Shown here: in pieces, positions 1-10,020 of the stretch
Position numbering within the stretch: the first letter of the stretch is position 1
Layout: each line of letters begins with the position of its first letter
Assembly (NCBI GenBank): GCA_038893355.1
Contig: JAWARQ010000002.1
Span: 128,001-192,000, forward strand
From: Sulfolobaceae archaeon
GTDB taxonomy: Archaea; Thermoproteota; Thermoprotei_A; Sulfolobales; Sulfolobaceae
Direction: 5' to 3'
DNA: 64,000 bases
Translations under genes and position numbers: made by a program
The notes under the pieces: generated by a model
Databases searched by the model: none
What the model was told of the DNA's origin: nothing
The model's input: the letters and a program-made list of their open reading frames with translations, nothing else

Positions 1-724
1 CAAATAAACTATTTAAACCTCCTAAAACACTCGCTGCAAAAATGCTTAACAATAAACTATAAGCAAGATAAGGAGAGAAAACAAGCTGTAAGGGATAAAG
101 TGAACCTGCAAGACATGTAATACCTCCAGATAAAAACCACGATAGTGCATAAACAATTTTCGTATTTACACCTAAACCTTCAGCTAAAGAAGAATTTTCT
201 ACCGTGGCCCTTATAGATATTCCGATTTTTGTTTTATTTAAGAATAAATATAATGATGATACAATTAATACTGCCAATATAATTGATACAATTAATACTG
301 CCCTAACTTCGCCTATGTTATAATCTAAGTAACTTATCGTAACGTCTCTTGACTGAACGTTGAAAGTATAAGTTAAATAACTTGCATATGCATTTAAGAT
401 CCCGTACATTGCTATAGAAAATGCTAAAGTCGCAACCATTTGAGACACTAAATCGCCTCCTCTTTTGGAAAGTGGAAATAATACTGCAAAATATTCAAGC
501 AAACCTAATGCACCTCCTAATAAGAATGCTAAAGGTAATGAATAGTATGGATTTAAACCTAATGCTGCACCGAATGTGAAAGTTAGATAAGATCCAAATA
601 TTAAAAATATACCGTGTGCAAAATTAGGAACTTTAGTCGTTATATAGGTTAATGTAAGCCCTAAGCTTGATAGTCCAATAATACTACTATATATTACTGT
701 ATTAATAATTAAAGGGTCTATCAA
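1..724 (-). CDS. livH: Branched-chain amino acid ABC transporter permease (3' end outside the window)
   Basis: Manual translation from TTG at 724 gives MIDPLIINTVIYSSIIGLSSLGLTLTYITTKVPNFAHG, with the LivH NFAHG motif. Hydrophobic; overlaps the stop of the LivF-like gene. Not in the ORF track. Confidence 0.85.
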   Translation of the reverse strand, partial: MIDPLIINTVIYSSIIGLSSLGLTLTYITTKVPNFAHGIFLIFGSYLTFTFGAALGLNPYYSLPLAFLLGGALGLLEYFAVLFPLSKRGGDLVSQMVATLAFSIAMYGILNAYASYLTYTFNVQSRDVTISYLDYNIGEVRAVLIVSIILAVLIVSSLYLFLNKTKIGISIRATVENSSLAEGLGVNTKIVYALSWFLSGGITCLAGSLYPLQLVFSPYLAYSLLLSIFAASVLGGLNSLF

Positions 725-1443
725 CTACTAACACCACCACTTAAACCCAAGAAAAGTTTACCTAGCTCAGGATGATTTAAAAGAGTATGAGAAGGACCTT
801 CAAAATATACTTTCCCACTTACAAATAAATAAGCCTTATCAGCAATTTCTAAAGCCTTTCTAGCGTTTTGTTCAACTAATACCACACCTACACCTAATGA
901 ATCCCTCATTTCAACTATCTTCTTAAAAACTTCACTTGCTACCTTAGGTGCCAATTGTGCTGTAGGCTCGTCTAATAATACAAATTTTGGTTTCCTTATT
1001 AGAGCTAAGGAAAAAGCAACCATCTGCCTTTGCCCACCACTTAACTGATATACTCTCTTCTTAAAAATATCTTTAAGTTGTGGAAATATTGAGAAAATGG
1101 ATTCTAATCTATCCTTAAATTCACTCTCATCCAAATCAAATGACGCTAACTTAAGATTCTCTTCTACTGTTAATGATTTAAACACATTATCTATCTGTGC
1201 AACATAAGCTAAGCCTTCTCTCGATCTACGATGAGGTGGCCATTTTGTTATATCATTACCCATAAGGAATATCTTTCCAGAGAGTATATTAGTAAGACCA
1301 ATTAGTGTTTTAAGGAATGTGGATTTACCACTACCATTAGGGCCAACTATTGCTACAATTTGTCTCTTATCTGCAGAAAAATTTATATCAAATATTATAT
1401 GTAATTTTCCATAACCCGCATTAACTTCCTTAGCTTCAAGCAT
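721..1443 (-). CDS. livF: Branched-chain amino acid ABC transporter ATP-binding subunit
   Basis: GPNGSGKS Walker A, LSGGQRQM signature, LDEP, LVEQNA motif typical of LivF. Confidence 0.9.
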   Translation of the reverse strand: MLEAKEVNAGYGKLHIIFDINFSADKRQIVAIVGPNGSGKSTFLKTLIGLTNILSGKIFLMGNDITKWPPHRRSREGLAYVAQIDNVFKSLTVEENLKLASFDLDESEFKDRLESIFSIFPQLKDIFKKRVYQLSGGQRQMVAFSLALIRKPKFVLLDEPTAQLAPKVASEVFKKIVEMRDSLGVGVVLVEQNARKALEIADKAYLFVSGKVYFEGPSHTLLNHPELGKLFLGLSGGVSS

Positions 1444-1447
1444 ACTC

Positions 1448-2197
1448 TCACCCTAAATATGCTTTAATAACCTCTGGATTATTTAATACTTCATTAACAG
1501 AACCACTCGCGATAATCTTACCCATAGACATTGCATATACATAATCTACATAATCAACAACTATATCAAGCCTATGTTCTATAACTAAAATAGCCATATT
1601 CTTTTTTAAATCAGTAATTATTTTTAATATTTCTTTAGCTAGCTGAGGATTAATACCTGCAAGCGGTTCATCCATCAGAAGTACCCTTGCCCTTGCCATT
1701 AATGCTCTTGCTATTTCTAAAAGCTTAAGTTGACCGCCACTTAATTCCTTAGCTGGCCTATCCCATAATTTCTCTAACCTTAGCATCTTTAAAATCTTAT
1801 ATGCCTCATTTGCTAATTCTTCTTCCTCTTTAATCCAAAAAGATTTCAGTATGGATCTAAGTACAGATTCTGACCTAATAGGATTTCTACCTAAAATTAC
1901 ATTATCTAAGACTGATAGATTTGGAAATATTTGAGGATTCTGAAAAGTCCTCACTATACCTAACTTAAATATTTCATGTGGTTTCCAGCCCGTAATATCC
2001 TTACCATCAAAGTAAACTCTTCCAGAATCTGGTTTGTATAACCCAGTAATTACATTAACTAGGGTAGACTTACCACTACCATTAGGACCTATTAATAAAG
2101 TTAATCTTGAATAAGGAATTTCTAAGGAAACACTATCTAAAACTAAAAAACCACCAAAACGCTTAGAAATTGAATTAACTTTGAGCAAAAAAATCAC
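1448..2197 (-). CDS. livG: Branched-chain amino acid ABC transporter ATP-binding subunit
   Basis: GPNGSGKS, RTFQ, LSGGQ and C-terminal PEVIKAYLG typical of LivG. Confidence 0.9.
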   Translation of the reverse strand: MIFLLKVNSISKRFGGFLVLDSVSLEIPYSRLTLLIGPNGSGKSTLVNVITGLYKPDSGRVYFDGKDITGWKPHEIFKLGIVRTFQNPQIFPNLSVLDNVILGRNPIRSESVLRSILKSFWIKEEEELANEAYKILKMLRLEKLWDRPAKELSGGQLKLLEIARALMARARVLLMDEPLAGINPQLAKEILKIITDLKKNMAILVIEHRLDIVVDYVDYVYAMSMGKIIASGSVNEVLNNPEVIKAYLG

Positions 2198-3592
2198 CTA
2201 ACTTATGCTACTTAATTTACTTAAAGCTTGTGGATCTGCAGGCACTAAATACCCTGCTGGAGTAGGAGATGCAGGAGGAAAGCCTATAATTAGTTTACTA
2301 GAATTTATATCATAAACACCATAAATTGCCCATTGATATCCTGAAGCAGTTTTATTTACAATTTCAAGTTCATAAGCTCCAGAGATTCTGTCACCATATT
2401 TATCGAATATATGATAGCCTGAAGCACCATAGAATTTTGCCGCAATTTTTGGTAAAACTTGCCTTATCTGATCAGGGTTATCACTCCCAACTTTCAATAT
2501 CGAGTAAAAGTATATCCAGAATATGTCATAAGTTATATAACTATAAGCTTGAAGTGTTTTACCAAAGTATCTAGTTAAATTATCATAATACACCGTATGA
2601 ACTGGGGCTGCTATTGGATTCAAAAACTGAGTTTGGTATGCTACTTGTGCTGCTACTGGATTTTGTACAATTGAACCGACACCTGCAGTACCATCTGAGC
2701 CGTACCATCTAACTTGAGTAAGTTGAGGATATTGGCTAGCTAATTGTAATATACTAGCACCCTCTTCAAAAGATACATCATAAACAGCAACCTTATCAGC
2801 GCCGTACTGACTAATTAGTTGACTTACTGCATTAGCTAATGCTGCAACATAGCTGGAAAAATCAGTAGTAGAAATATCGTATCTAGCTACTAGTTTTACT
2901 GTCCCACCTAATGCAATAAATGTCTTAGCAGTTCTATTTACTAAACCATCGCCATAAGTATCACCTCTCCAAATTACTGCAATAGCCCTAATACCTTGAT
3001 CATACATTATTTTAGCTATCACAGCACCTTGATAGGTATCATTAGGAACATCTCTAAATACATATCCAATTCTATCCGGAGTTGCAAGTGCAGGAGAAGT
3101 TGAGGATGGTGAAAATGCTATCATATCATTACTTTCTATATAGGACAATATGTTTCTTAACTCTCCACTAGAAAACGGACCAATAATTAGCCTAACACCT
3201 TGAGAATATAAAGTCTGCGTATCAGTTAATGCTACTTGTGGATTAGTTTGCGTATCTTCAAAAATGATCTGTATTCTCATATTAACTCCTAAACTTTGTA
3301 ACAAAGAATTGGCTTGATTCTGAGCATATGTAAGGACATCTCTAGCCTCTTGACCTATAGAGGATAACTGACCAGTAAGAGGTAATAATGCACCTATATA
3401 AATTGTCTTAACTTGCTGTGTAGTTCCCGTAGGTGTAGGAGAAGTTATAGTTCCTCCTCCAGTAGTTGTTGGAGTTGTTGATGGTCTTTGTTGTGTTATA
3501 AAAATCACAGCACCTATTATTATTAATATAATTATTACAACTACTATTGCTATTGTGGTTCGCGAAACTGCAGATTTATTTCTTGACCTCAT
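2198..3592 (-). CDS. Branched-chain amino acid ABC transporter substrate-binding protein, N-terminally anchored
   Basis: N-terminal TM helix, Thr/Pro-rich linker, IGALLPLTG and SPSSTSPAL motifs of the LivJ/K family; operon context. Confidence 0.88.
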   Translation of the reverse strand: MRSRNKSAVSRTTIAIVVVIIILIIIGAVIFITQQRPSTTPTTTGGGTITSPTPTGTTQQVKTIYIGALLPLTGQLSSIGQEARDVLTYAQNQANSLLQSLGVNMRIQIIFEDTQTNPQVALTDTQTLYSQGVRLIIGPFSSGELRNILSYIESNDMIAFSPSSTSPALATPDRIGYVFRDVPNDTYQGAVIAKIMYDQGIRAIAVIWRGDTYGDGLVNRTAKTFIALGGTVKLVARYDISTTDFSSYVAALANAVSQLISQYGADKVAVYDVSFEEGASILQLASQYPQLTQVRWYGSDGTAGVGSIVQNPVAAQVAYQTQFLNPIAAPVHTVYYDNLTRYFGKTLQAYSYITYDIFWIYFYSILKVGSDNPDQIRQVLPKIAAKFYGASGYHIFDKYGDRISGAYELEIVNKTASGYQWAIYGVYDINSSKLIIGFPPASPTPAGYLVPADPQALSKLSSIS

Positions 3593-3721
3593 GCTATTTA
3601 TTAAATCCTCAAAGTGGTATAAATTAATTATGTTTTATAATTCAATACATAGTTTAGAACAATTTTTAGGTAAAATTGTTTTTAGTTATATAATGTTTTC
3701 AACTTCTTTCCATAATTACTG

Positions 3722-4078
3722 CTATATGAAAGTATTAGGCTTTAACTCGGTATAAGAGCTCTTGATCATATTTAGAATTATCAAATTTCCATTACTCAAT
3801 TTATAAATACCGTGTAATAAGAGTACTCTTATTTTATTCTCTCTACATCGTATCATTTCCCTAATTACTTCCTTATACTCTTTAGAAAAGGGTGAAGTAC
3901 GTAATGCAATGCTTTCATCATCCTTAATATCCCTTAACTCTTTTTCAATTTGATAAGAAATGTTAAGCAACTCCTCATCATCCTCTTTTTCTTTTACTAA
4001 TTCTAGGAAATGTTTTCCTGCACTCTGCACATCGCCTTGATTTAATTTCTGAATTATTTGAATTAGATCTTCAAACAT
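3722..4078 (-). CDS. Hypothetical protein
   Basis: 118-aa ORF with normal composition; no motif recognised. Confidence 0.7.
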   Translation of the reverse strand: MFEDLIQIIQKLNQGDVQSAGKHFLELVKEKEDDEELLNISYQIEKELRDIKDDESIALRTSPFSKEYKEVIREMIRCRENKIRVLLLHGIYKLSNGNLIILNMIKSSYTELKPNTFI

Positions 4079-4140
4079 TAAATATATCTTAGTTCTAAAT
4101 CCTTTATTTCTTTTATCTAAAGCCAGAACTTGATATTAAA

Positions 4141-4548
4141 TTAATAGTTTAGTTTTAACAATTCATAATAATTCCTACTATTCATTCCTTTCTCTATTTC
4201 ATACCCTAATTTCATCCATAAGCTAACTCCGCCTAACATGTTAAATACTCTATAGCCTTTCAACAACTCTGCATATGTATTTACTAAATAAGTACTTCTA
4301 TTACCATGCTCACATACAATCACAATTTCCTTATCCTTAACGTTTAACTTTGGAAATAGTACTGGAAATAAATTCATTGGGATGAGCACTGAATTAGGAA
4401 TATGATGATCTTCATATTCCCATGGCTCTCTAATATCTATTATAATAATCTTATTCTTATTATCCTCTGATAACTTTCTTCTAATTACAGAGGGCCATTC
4501 ATGTAGTATATTTGGATAAAAAGGTGATCTATTGCTAGTAATTATCAT
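4141..4548 (-). CDS. Single-domain rhodanese-like sulfurtransferase
   Basis: IDIREPWEY..HIP, active-site CEHGNRS, GGVSLW. Confidence 0.9.
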   Translation of the reverse strand: MIITSNRSPFYPNILHEWPSVIRRKLSEDNKNKIIIIDIREPWEYEDHHIPNSVLIPMNLFPVLFPKLNVKDKEIVIVCEHGNRSTYLVNTYAELLKGYRVFNMLGGVSLWMKLGYEIEKGMNSRNYYELLKLNY

Positions 4549-4653
4549 ATGAAAGTTAGGATTTATTGGCTAGACTATAAGCATGACCCCCACAGATTTA
4601 TGATGAATATTACTCACAAGAATTATTAAAATCTTGAAAGATTTGATTTAAAA

Positions 4654-5571
4654 TTATATACTTAATTTACCTTCATAAATATTCTTTAATCTTTGCCACA
4701 TATTATCTATATATTCCTCTAGCAATTTAACCTCATCTTCAGCTAGTCTTTTAAATCTACCTTGACTCTTTATGAAATCTATAATTGGTCTTCTTGTTCT
4801 TCTATCTAAGCAATGTAAAGATTCTGATGAAATATTAAGTTTGCCATTTTCATACTCAAATAACGGCCAATAACACGTCTGAACGGCTAATTTACCAATT
4901 TCTACAGTTTTTGAAGGTTCAAAAAGCCAGCCGTAAGGGTCTGGTGTAAGTATATGGACATATCTAAAACCTTTTATATTTTTTGCCTTTTTCAGCTTAT
5001 TTATTAAATCGTGAGGATAGCCTATAGAAGCAGTAGCAACATATGGGACTTTGTGGGCCATCATTAAGAATGGGAGATCTTTTTTATTCTCTTTTTTACC
5101 CTCAGGGGTAGTAGTAGTTATTGCGCCAATTGGAGTTGCGCCACTTCTTTGTCCACCAGAATTCATATATGCCTCATTATCTACACAAATGTAAATGAAA
5201 TCCTCATTTCTCTCTGCAGCACCACTTAATGATGCAAAACCAATATCAGCAGTACCACCATCTCCTGCCCATACTACTACTGTAACATCCTTATTCCTTA
5301 ATTTATATGCTCTAGACATCCCTGAAGCAGCAGCAGGTCCTGCAGCAAATGCTATATTAAGTACGGGATAATTAAACGCGTTCTTAGGCCCTAAACCTTG
5401 TATAATAGAAGAACATCCTGCTACAACGATAAGAGCTACATTATCACCTAATGCAAAACCTAACATCCTCATTGCCATATTCTCTGGACATCCAGGGCAT
5501 GCAGAAGTTCCTGATAATAAGGAGTTCTTCTTATTCAATATGTCTCGGAGTCCTAAGCTCAATCTTTTCAC
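4654..5571 (-). CDS. porB: 2-oxoacid:ferredoxin oxidoreductase beta subunit (POR/VOR type)
   Basis: ACPGC, GDGG...DNEAYMN TPP-binding motif. Confidence 0.9.
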   Translation of the reverse strand: MKRLSLGLRDILNKKNSLLSGTSACPGCPENMAMRMLGFALGDNVALIVVAGCSSIIQGLGPKNAFNYPVLNIAFAAGPAAASGMSRAYKLRNKDVTVVVWAGDGGTADIGFASLSGAAERNEDFIYICVDNEAYMNSGGQRSGATPIGAITTTTPEGKKENKKDLPFLMMAHKVPYVATASIGYPHDLINKLKKAKNIKGFRYVHILTPDPYGWLFEPSKTVEIGKLAVQTCYWPLFEYENGKLNISSESLHCLDRRTRRPIIDFIKSQGRFKRLAEDEVKLLEEYIDNMWQRLKNIYEGKLSI

Positions 5572-6745
5572 CTTCTAAAGGATAATACCATTCAACATTG
5601 TTTGCGATTCCCTTTTTAGCTTCCTCTACAAAACTTAATATTATTTTTTTAATATCGTTTTTATTTATTGAAACACCGCCAAGCCCAGTTATAATTCCTT
5701 TAATCTGCTTTACATCCCTTAACGTAGAAGACACTTCAAGATATAAAATTCCACCTCTACTAAAACTTACAGACCTGTCAAGAACTAATATCGCATCTTT
5801 ATCTTCTAATTCCCTTCTAATCTCCTGATAAGCCCAAGGTCTAATATATCTTATTCTATATAATCCGATTTTTAAACCATCTCGCCTTAATTCATCGATA
5901 GCTTCCATTGCATCACCAGCCCATGCACCCATTAAAACTACAGCATACCTTGAATCATCTAATTTATAACTCTGATTAAGAGTTGAGTAACCTCTCGTAT
6001 ATCCGAAGAATTCCTCATACTGCCTTCCTATTTCTGGAATTAATTCCCTAGCATTTATCATCCCAATATCTATGGAATTCCTCATCTTCATATACTCTAA
6101 CGGAGGAAACATATTTCCTAAACCTATTGGAGCTTCAGGATCTAATACATATGGTTGCCTTCGTTCTGGTAAATACTTATCAACTTCTTCTTGTGATGGT
6201 ACATAAACTTTCGTTTTAACATGGGATAGGATAAAACCATCCATACCTACCATCATCGGTAGGAATATATTCTCATTCTCAGAAATTCTAAAAGCCTGAA
6301 GAGTCAAATCAAGTACTTCTTGCGGATCCATAGCAAAAGCCATTATCCAACCACTATCCCTTTCAGTCATAAAATCAGTATGATCGTTCCATATATTCCA
6401 TGGAGCACCTACCGCCCTCGTTCCAACAACCATTACTAGCGGTATTCTACTCCCAGAAACCCACCATATCATTTCATGCATATATAATAAACCTTGTGAA
6501 GCAGTTGCTGTGAAAGCTCTAACACCCGCTACTGCAGCACCATAACATGTTGCCATTGCAGAATGTTCACTTTCAACTCTTATAATTTCAGCATCAAGTT
6601 CGCCCTTAGCCTTCATTTCTGCAAGTTTTTCAATAATAGTAGTTTGTGGTGTAATTGGATAGACTCCAATAACCTTTACCCTAGCAAGCTTTACAGCTAA
6701 TGCTACTGCCTCATTACCAGATATTATTCTATAACTCACTCTCAC
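5531..6745 (-). CDS. porA: 2-oxoacid:ferredoxin oxidoreductase alpha subunit
   Basis: SGNEAVA, YPITPQT, ESEHSA, TASQGL motifs. Confidence 0.92.
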   Translation of the reverse strand: MRVSYRIISGNEAVALAVKLARVKVIGVYPITPQTTIIEKLAEMKAKGELDAEIIRVESEHSAMATCYGAAVAGVRAFTATASQGLLYMHEMIWWVSGSRIPLVMVVGTRAVGAPWNIWNDHTDFMTERDSGWIMAFAMDPQEVLDLTLQAFRISENENIFLPMMVGMDGFILSHVKTKVYVPSQEEVDKYLPERRQPYVLDPEAPIGLGNMFPPLEYMKMRNSIDIGMINARELIPEIGRQYEEFFGYTRGYSTLNQSYKLDDSRYAVVLMGAWAGDAMEAIDELRRDGLKIGLYRIRYIRPWAYQEIRRELEDKDAILVLDRSVSFSRGGILYLEVSSTLRDVKQIKGIITGLGGVSINKNDIKKIILSFVEEAKKGIANNVEWYYPLEGEKIELRTPRHIE

Positions 6746-6992
6746 TCACCATAGAAATTGCTTTAGCAGGGCATACATTAGCACAAACTCCACATCCTTT
6801 ACAATACTCATAATCAATTTCAACTCTGTCATTTCTATCTAAAATTGTAGCTTCAGGGCACCACAAATAACAAGCCTTACAGCTTATACATTTATTATAA
6901 TCTATAACTGGCCTCATAACTCTCCAATTTCCGGTCTTTCCACCAGCACCCTTAGCTGGATAACTTACTGGTAAATATAAGTTAACTGACAA
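6729..6992 (-). CDS. porD: 2-oxoacid:ferredoxin oxidoreductase delta subunit (2x4Fe-4S)
   Basis: TGNWR..RP and two CxxCxxCxxxCP motifs. Confidence 0.92.
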   Translation of the reverse strand: MSVNLYLPVSYPAKGAGGKTGNWRVMRPVIDYNKCISCKACYLWCPEATILDRNDRVEIDYEYCKGCGVCANVCPAKAISMVSESEL

Positions 6993-7551
6993 CTAGTTCT
7001 ACCTCCTTAATACTATCATAAGCAATTTCTACTGCCTTAGCATTTAATTCTGCAATTTTCCCTTCAAATTCTTCAAATATTGCTTTCTTAAGTGAGTTTA
7101 AACTTATAATCTTTATAACTTTTATTAGAGCACCTAATATAACAATATTTACCATAGGCCAACCTGATTTAACTAAACCTAATTCCTTAGCTATTTTTGT
7201 AGCATTTATTATATATAATTTGTTTTTAATATTATCTAACATAATATTTGATTTAAAAGAATTTATTATAAACTCAGTAGTCGGCTTAATTCCTCTATAT
7301 ACATTTTGGGAGATATATAATAATGTAGGATCTATAACTACAATATAATCTGGATTTTCAATAGGTGAAGTAATTCTAATAGGTTTGTCAGAAATTCTAC
7401 AATATGCCTCTATTTCTGCACCTCTTCTTTCTGCGCCATAGATAGGAAAGGAAGAAGACCAAAGACCCTCAAAATAAGCTGCTTCTGCTAAAACGTTAGC
7501 TGCAGTAACAACACCTTGACCACCTCTTCCGTGAAATCTTATTTCGAGCAA
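6982..7551 (-). CDS. porG: 2-oxoacid:ferredoxin oxidoreductase gamma subunit
   Basis: EIRFHGRGGQG, YGAERRGA. Confidence 0.92.
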   Translation of the reverse strand: MLEIRFHGRGGQGVVTAANVLAEAAYFEGLWSSSFPIYGAERRGAEIEAYCRISDKPIRITSPIENPDYIVVIDPTLLYISQNVYRGIKPTTEFIINSFKSNIMLDNIKNKLYIINATKIAKELGLVKSGWPMVNIVILGALIKVIKIISLNSLKKAIFEEFEGKIAELNAKAVEIAYDSIKEVELVVS

Positions 7552-7613
7552 TAACTATCACGCTCTATAAAATATGTTGATTTTTAGAGTAATAAAGCTT
7601 GATACAAAAAAGT

Positions 7614-8846
7614 TTAAATGTATGGAAGGGCATAAGTTAAAATCTTTTTGAAGAATATTCTTCTATAATATATTTCAGATATTAAAGATATTAATATTGA
7701 AATTATTGATAAATATGGAACTATTGGTAAAGAAATTAAATTGAAAATTATAGCTGAAATATTAAAATATGTCCTAACTTTAAAGTCATTTCTGTATATT
7801 AAGTACTTTTTACTCTTATAATACGCTGAGAATATTTCTAGAGACAAAAACATGATTGCTAAAATAATTGCTAAGAAGTTCTGATTTAGATAATAGGAAA
7901 GGGGTCCAGAAATAGTAAATATTGAACCTATAAAAGAAATTGGAGTATCAATATTATACCATGAAGGTCTAGTCTTAACTAAGTATATCATTAAACTAGA
8001 TATAAAGCTTAATAGGAGAAAGATCGAGGCTAGTATTAAAGTTGATGGTAGGATCAAGTTTATTAAAAATAGAAGCAACGCTAATGCGCCTGTTGCTACT
8101 TCTCTACTTAACCAAGAGGATTTAAGATTAAAAATTACCCTAAATAACCTTTCCCTTCTAGTTACATGAAAAATTGAAGGAATAAATCCTAAGAATAAAA
8201 ATATTATAATGAAAATATTATAATGAGGTATATTAAATATTAAGAATCCGAGTGAAATTTCTATTAAAATAGTATATAATAATAATCCTATATAATTTCT
8301 CTCTTCTACTTGTTTCAAAGTCTTAAATTGACCCTTAACTAATTCAGATGACTTTACTAATAATCTGGGTTTCGTTATCTCCTTAGGAGCTAGATAATTT
8401 ACATCTACTGCAATGTTCTCTTCTAGCCATCCAAAACTTAGAGCACCAGTCGGACATGCTTCTACACAATATGGTAAACCCTTATTTGACTTAATTCTAT
8501 CATAACAGAAATGACATTTTGTCATTATTCCAACTTCATTAATTGTAGGAGCTTCATAAGGACAAGCCCATTGACAATATCTACAGCCTATGCACTTATT
8601 CGGATTTATCCTTAATATTCCAAATTCTTGATCTAATTCATATGCAGAAGCTGGGCACACTTTCATACATAATGGGTTCTCGCAGTGGTTACATGAAATA
8701 GAAAGTGCTGTCTTATAATTGTCTGTAACCAAAATCGGTAACTTTCTCCAATTTAAATTACCATAAGCTTTATTACAAGCATCTACACATGCGTTGCAGA
8801 CTATGCATTTTTGATGATCAAATATAAATGCAAGTTTTCGACTCAT
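7614..8846 (-). CDS. DmsB-like 4x[4Fe-4S] domain fused to a DmsC/NrfD-like membrane anchor
   Basis: Four Cys groups (CIVCNAC..C, CNHC..C..CP, CIGCRYC..CP, CHFC..C..CP), then a polytopic hydrophobic domain with SSWLSRE. Confidence 0.85.
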   Translation of the reverse strand: MSRKLAFIFDHQKCIVCNACVDACNKAYGNLNWRKLPILVTDNYKTALSISCNHCENPLCMKVCPASAYELDQEFGILRINPNKCIGCRYCQWACPYEAPTINEVGIMTKCHFCYDRIKSNKGLPYCVEACPTGALSFGWLEENIAVDVNYLAPKEITKPRLLVKSSELVKGQFKTLKQVEERNYIGLLLYTILIEISLGFLIFNIPHYNIFIIIFLFLGFIPSIFHVTRRERLFRVIFNLKSSWLSREVATGALALLLFLINLILPSTLILASIFLLLSFISSLMIYLVKTRPSWYNIDTPISFIGSIFTISGPLSYYLNQNFLAIILAIMFLSLEIFSAYYKSKKYLIYRNDFKVRTYFNISAIIFNLISLPIVPYLSIISILISLISEIYYRRIFFKKILTYALPYI

Positions 8847-8923
8847 ATATACTCCTTCATGAAATCATACTCGTAAAAGTATAATATTTATACATATAAG
8901 GTTCTTATATAATGTTAAAGTAA

Positions 8924-9190
8924 ATGGAGACTGAGTTCTATAGATTTGCTTTAATTAGAAATTATCTAAGTAAAGTTATACAAAGCATTGAAGGTGGAAA
9001 AAGCATAAAAGAATCTGTTATTACTGAATTTGATGATAGTACTAAGTCTAGAATCTGCAAAGAAGATATTAATGAGGAAGTAATTTATAATTTAGCTAAA
9101 GAAGTTTCAGAATTTATATTGGTCAAGAATATTGATGAGAGTACGTTACATGAAATAGCTAAGGAGGTGATTAGATTATGCAGAGAATGA
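8924..9190 (+). CDS. Hypothetical protein
   Basis: 88-aa ORF with upstream TATA-like element; overlaps the downstream lyase gene. Confidence 0.7.
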   Translation: METEFYRFALIRNYLSKVIQSIEGGKSIKESVITEFDDSTKSRICKEDINEEVIYNLAKEVSEFILVKNIDESTLHEIAKEVIRLCRE

Positions 9191-9999
9191 GAAGGTCACA
9201 ATTGTATGTGCCATCAATAAGTGAAAAAATGATTAGAAAGAGTCTAGAAATACCTGCAGATAGTATAATATTTGACCTAGAAGACTCTGTACCTCCAGAA
9301 GAAAAACAACAGGCAAGGGAAATTTTAGAAAGAATGGTGAAGGAGAATGAATGGAAGGGAAAAGAATTAGCAGTTAGAATAAATCCGCTTTATACTTCTG
9401 AAAGTTTAAAAGATTTATTAACAATAATTAAACTGGAAAAGATAGATTTAATAATTATACCAAAAGCTGAAAATGATCTTTCATTTATTTATAAATTAAC
9501 TGGAAAAAATATACTACCAATTATAGAAACTGCTAAGGGATTAGTTAGAATTGAAGAAATAGTTAGATCAGAAGGAATAGTAGGGATAACTTATGGAATA
9601 GCAGATTATGCACTTTCTGTTGGTGGAGAGGTTAGGAAGTATGAATATAACGAGTATATAAAGACAAAAATAGTTTCAGTTGCAAGGACTTACGATATAG
9701 ATCCAATAGATAAAGTTTATTTCGATTTGAAAAATTTGGAAGGCTTCAAAAATGAATGTATCGAAGCTAAGAAACTAGGATTTGAGGGAAAGCAAGTAAT
9801 TCATCCCTCACAAGTTGAAATAGCAAATCAGATCTTTTCATTATCTGAAGAAGAAATAAAGTGGGCAAAAGAAGTAGTAAGCGCATATGAGAAGGCAATA
9901 CGAGAGGGAAGGGGCGCAATAAGACTTAATGATCAGTTAATTGATGCAGTACATTATAGATTAGCTAAAAGAATTTTAAATAAATATAAGATTAGCTAA
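9178..9999 (+). CDS. HpcH/HpaI/CitE family CoA-ester lyase (citryl-/malyl-/citramalyl-CoA lyase-like)
   Basis: RRSQLYVP, DLEDSV, VRIN, IETAKG, GFEGKQVIHPSQ; SD AGGAGGTGA upstream. Confidence 0.88.
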   Translation: MQRMRRSQLYVPSISEKMIRKSLEIPADSIIFDLEDSVPPEEKQQAREILERMVKENEWKGKELAVRINPLYTSESLKDLLTIIKLEKIDLIIIPKAENDLSFIYKLTGKNILPIIETAKGLVRIEEIVRSEGIVGITYGIADYALSVGGEVRKYEYNEYIKTKIVSVARTYDIDPIDKVYFDLKNLEGFKNECIEAKKLGFEGKQVIHPSQVEIANQIFSLSEEEIKWAKEVVSAYEKAIREGRGAIRLNDQLIDAVHYRLAKRILNKYKIS

Positions 10000-10019
10000 A
10001 AGAATTTTAAATAAATATA
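9958..10019. repeat. Perfect 31-bp tandem duplication
   Basis: agattagctaaaagaattttaaataaatata at 9958-9988 and 9989-10019. Confidence 0.95.
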
Positions 10020-10020
10020 T

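Noticed and set aside
4595-4650. ATGATGA box C-like motif
   Set aside because: No correctly spaced CTGA D' or D boxes
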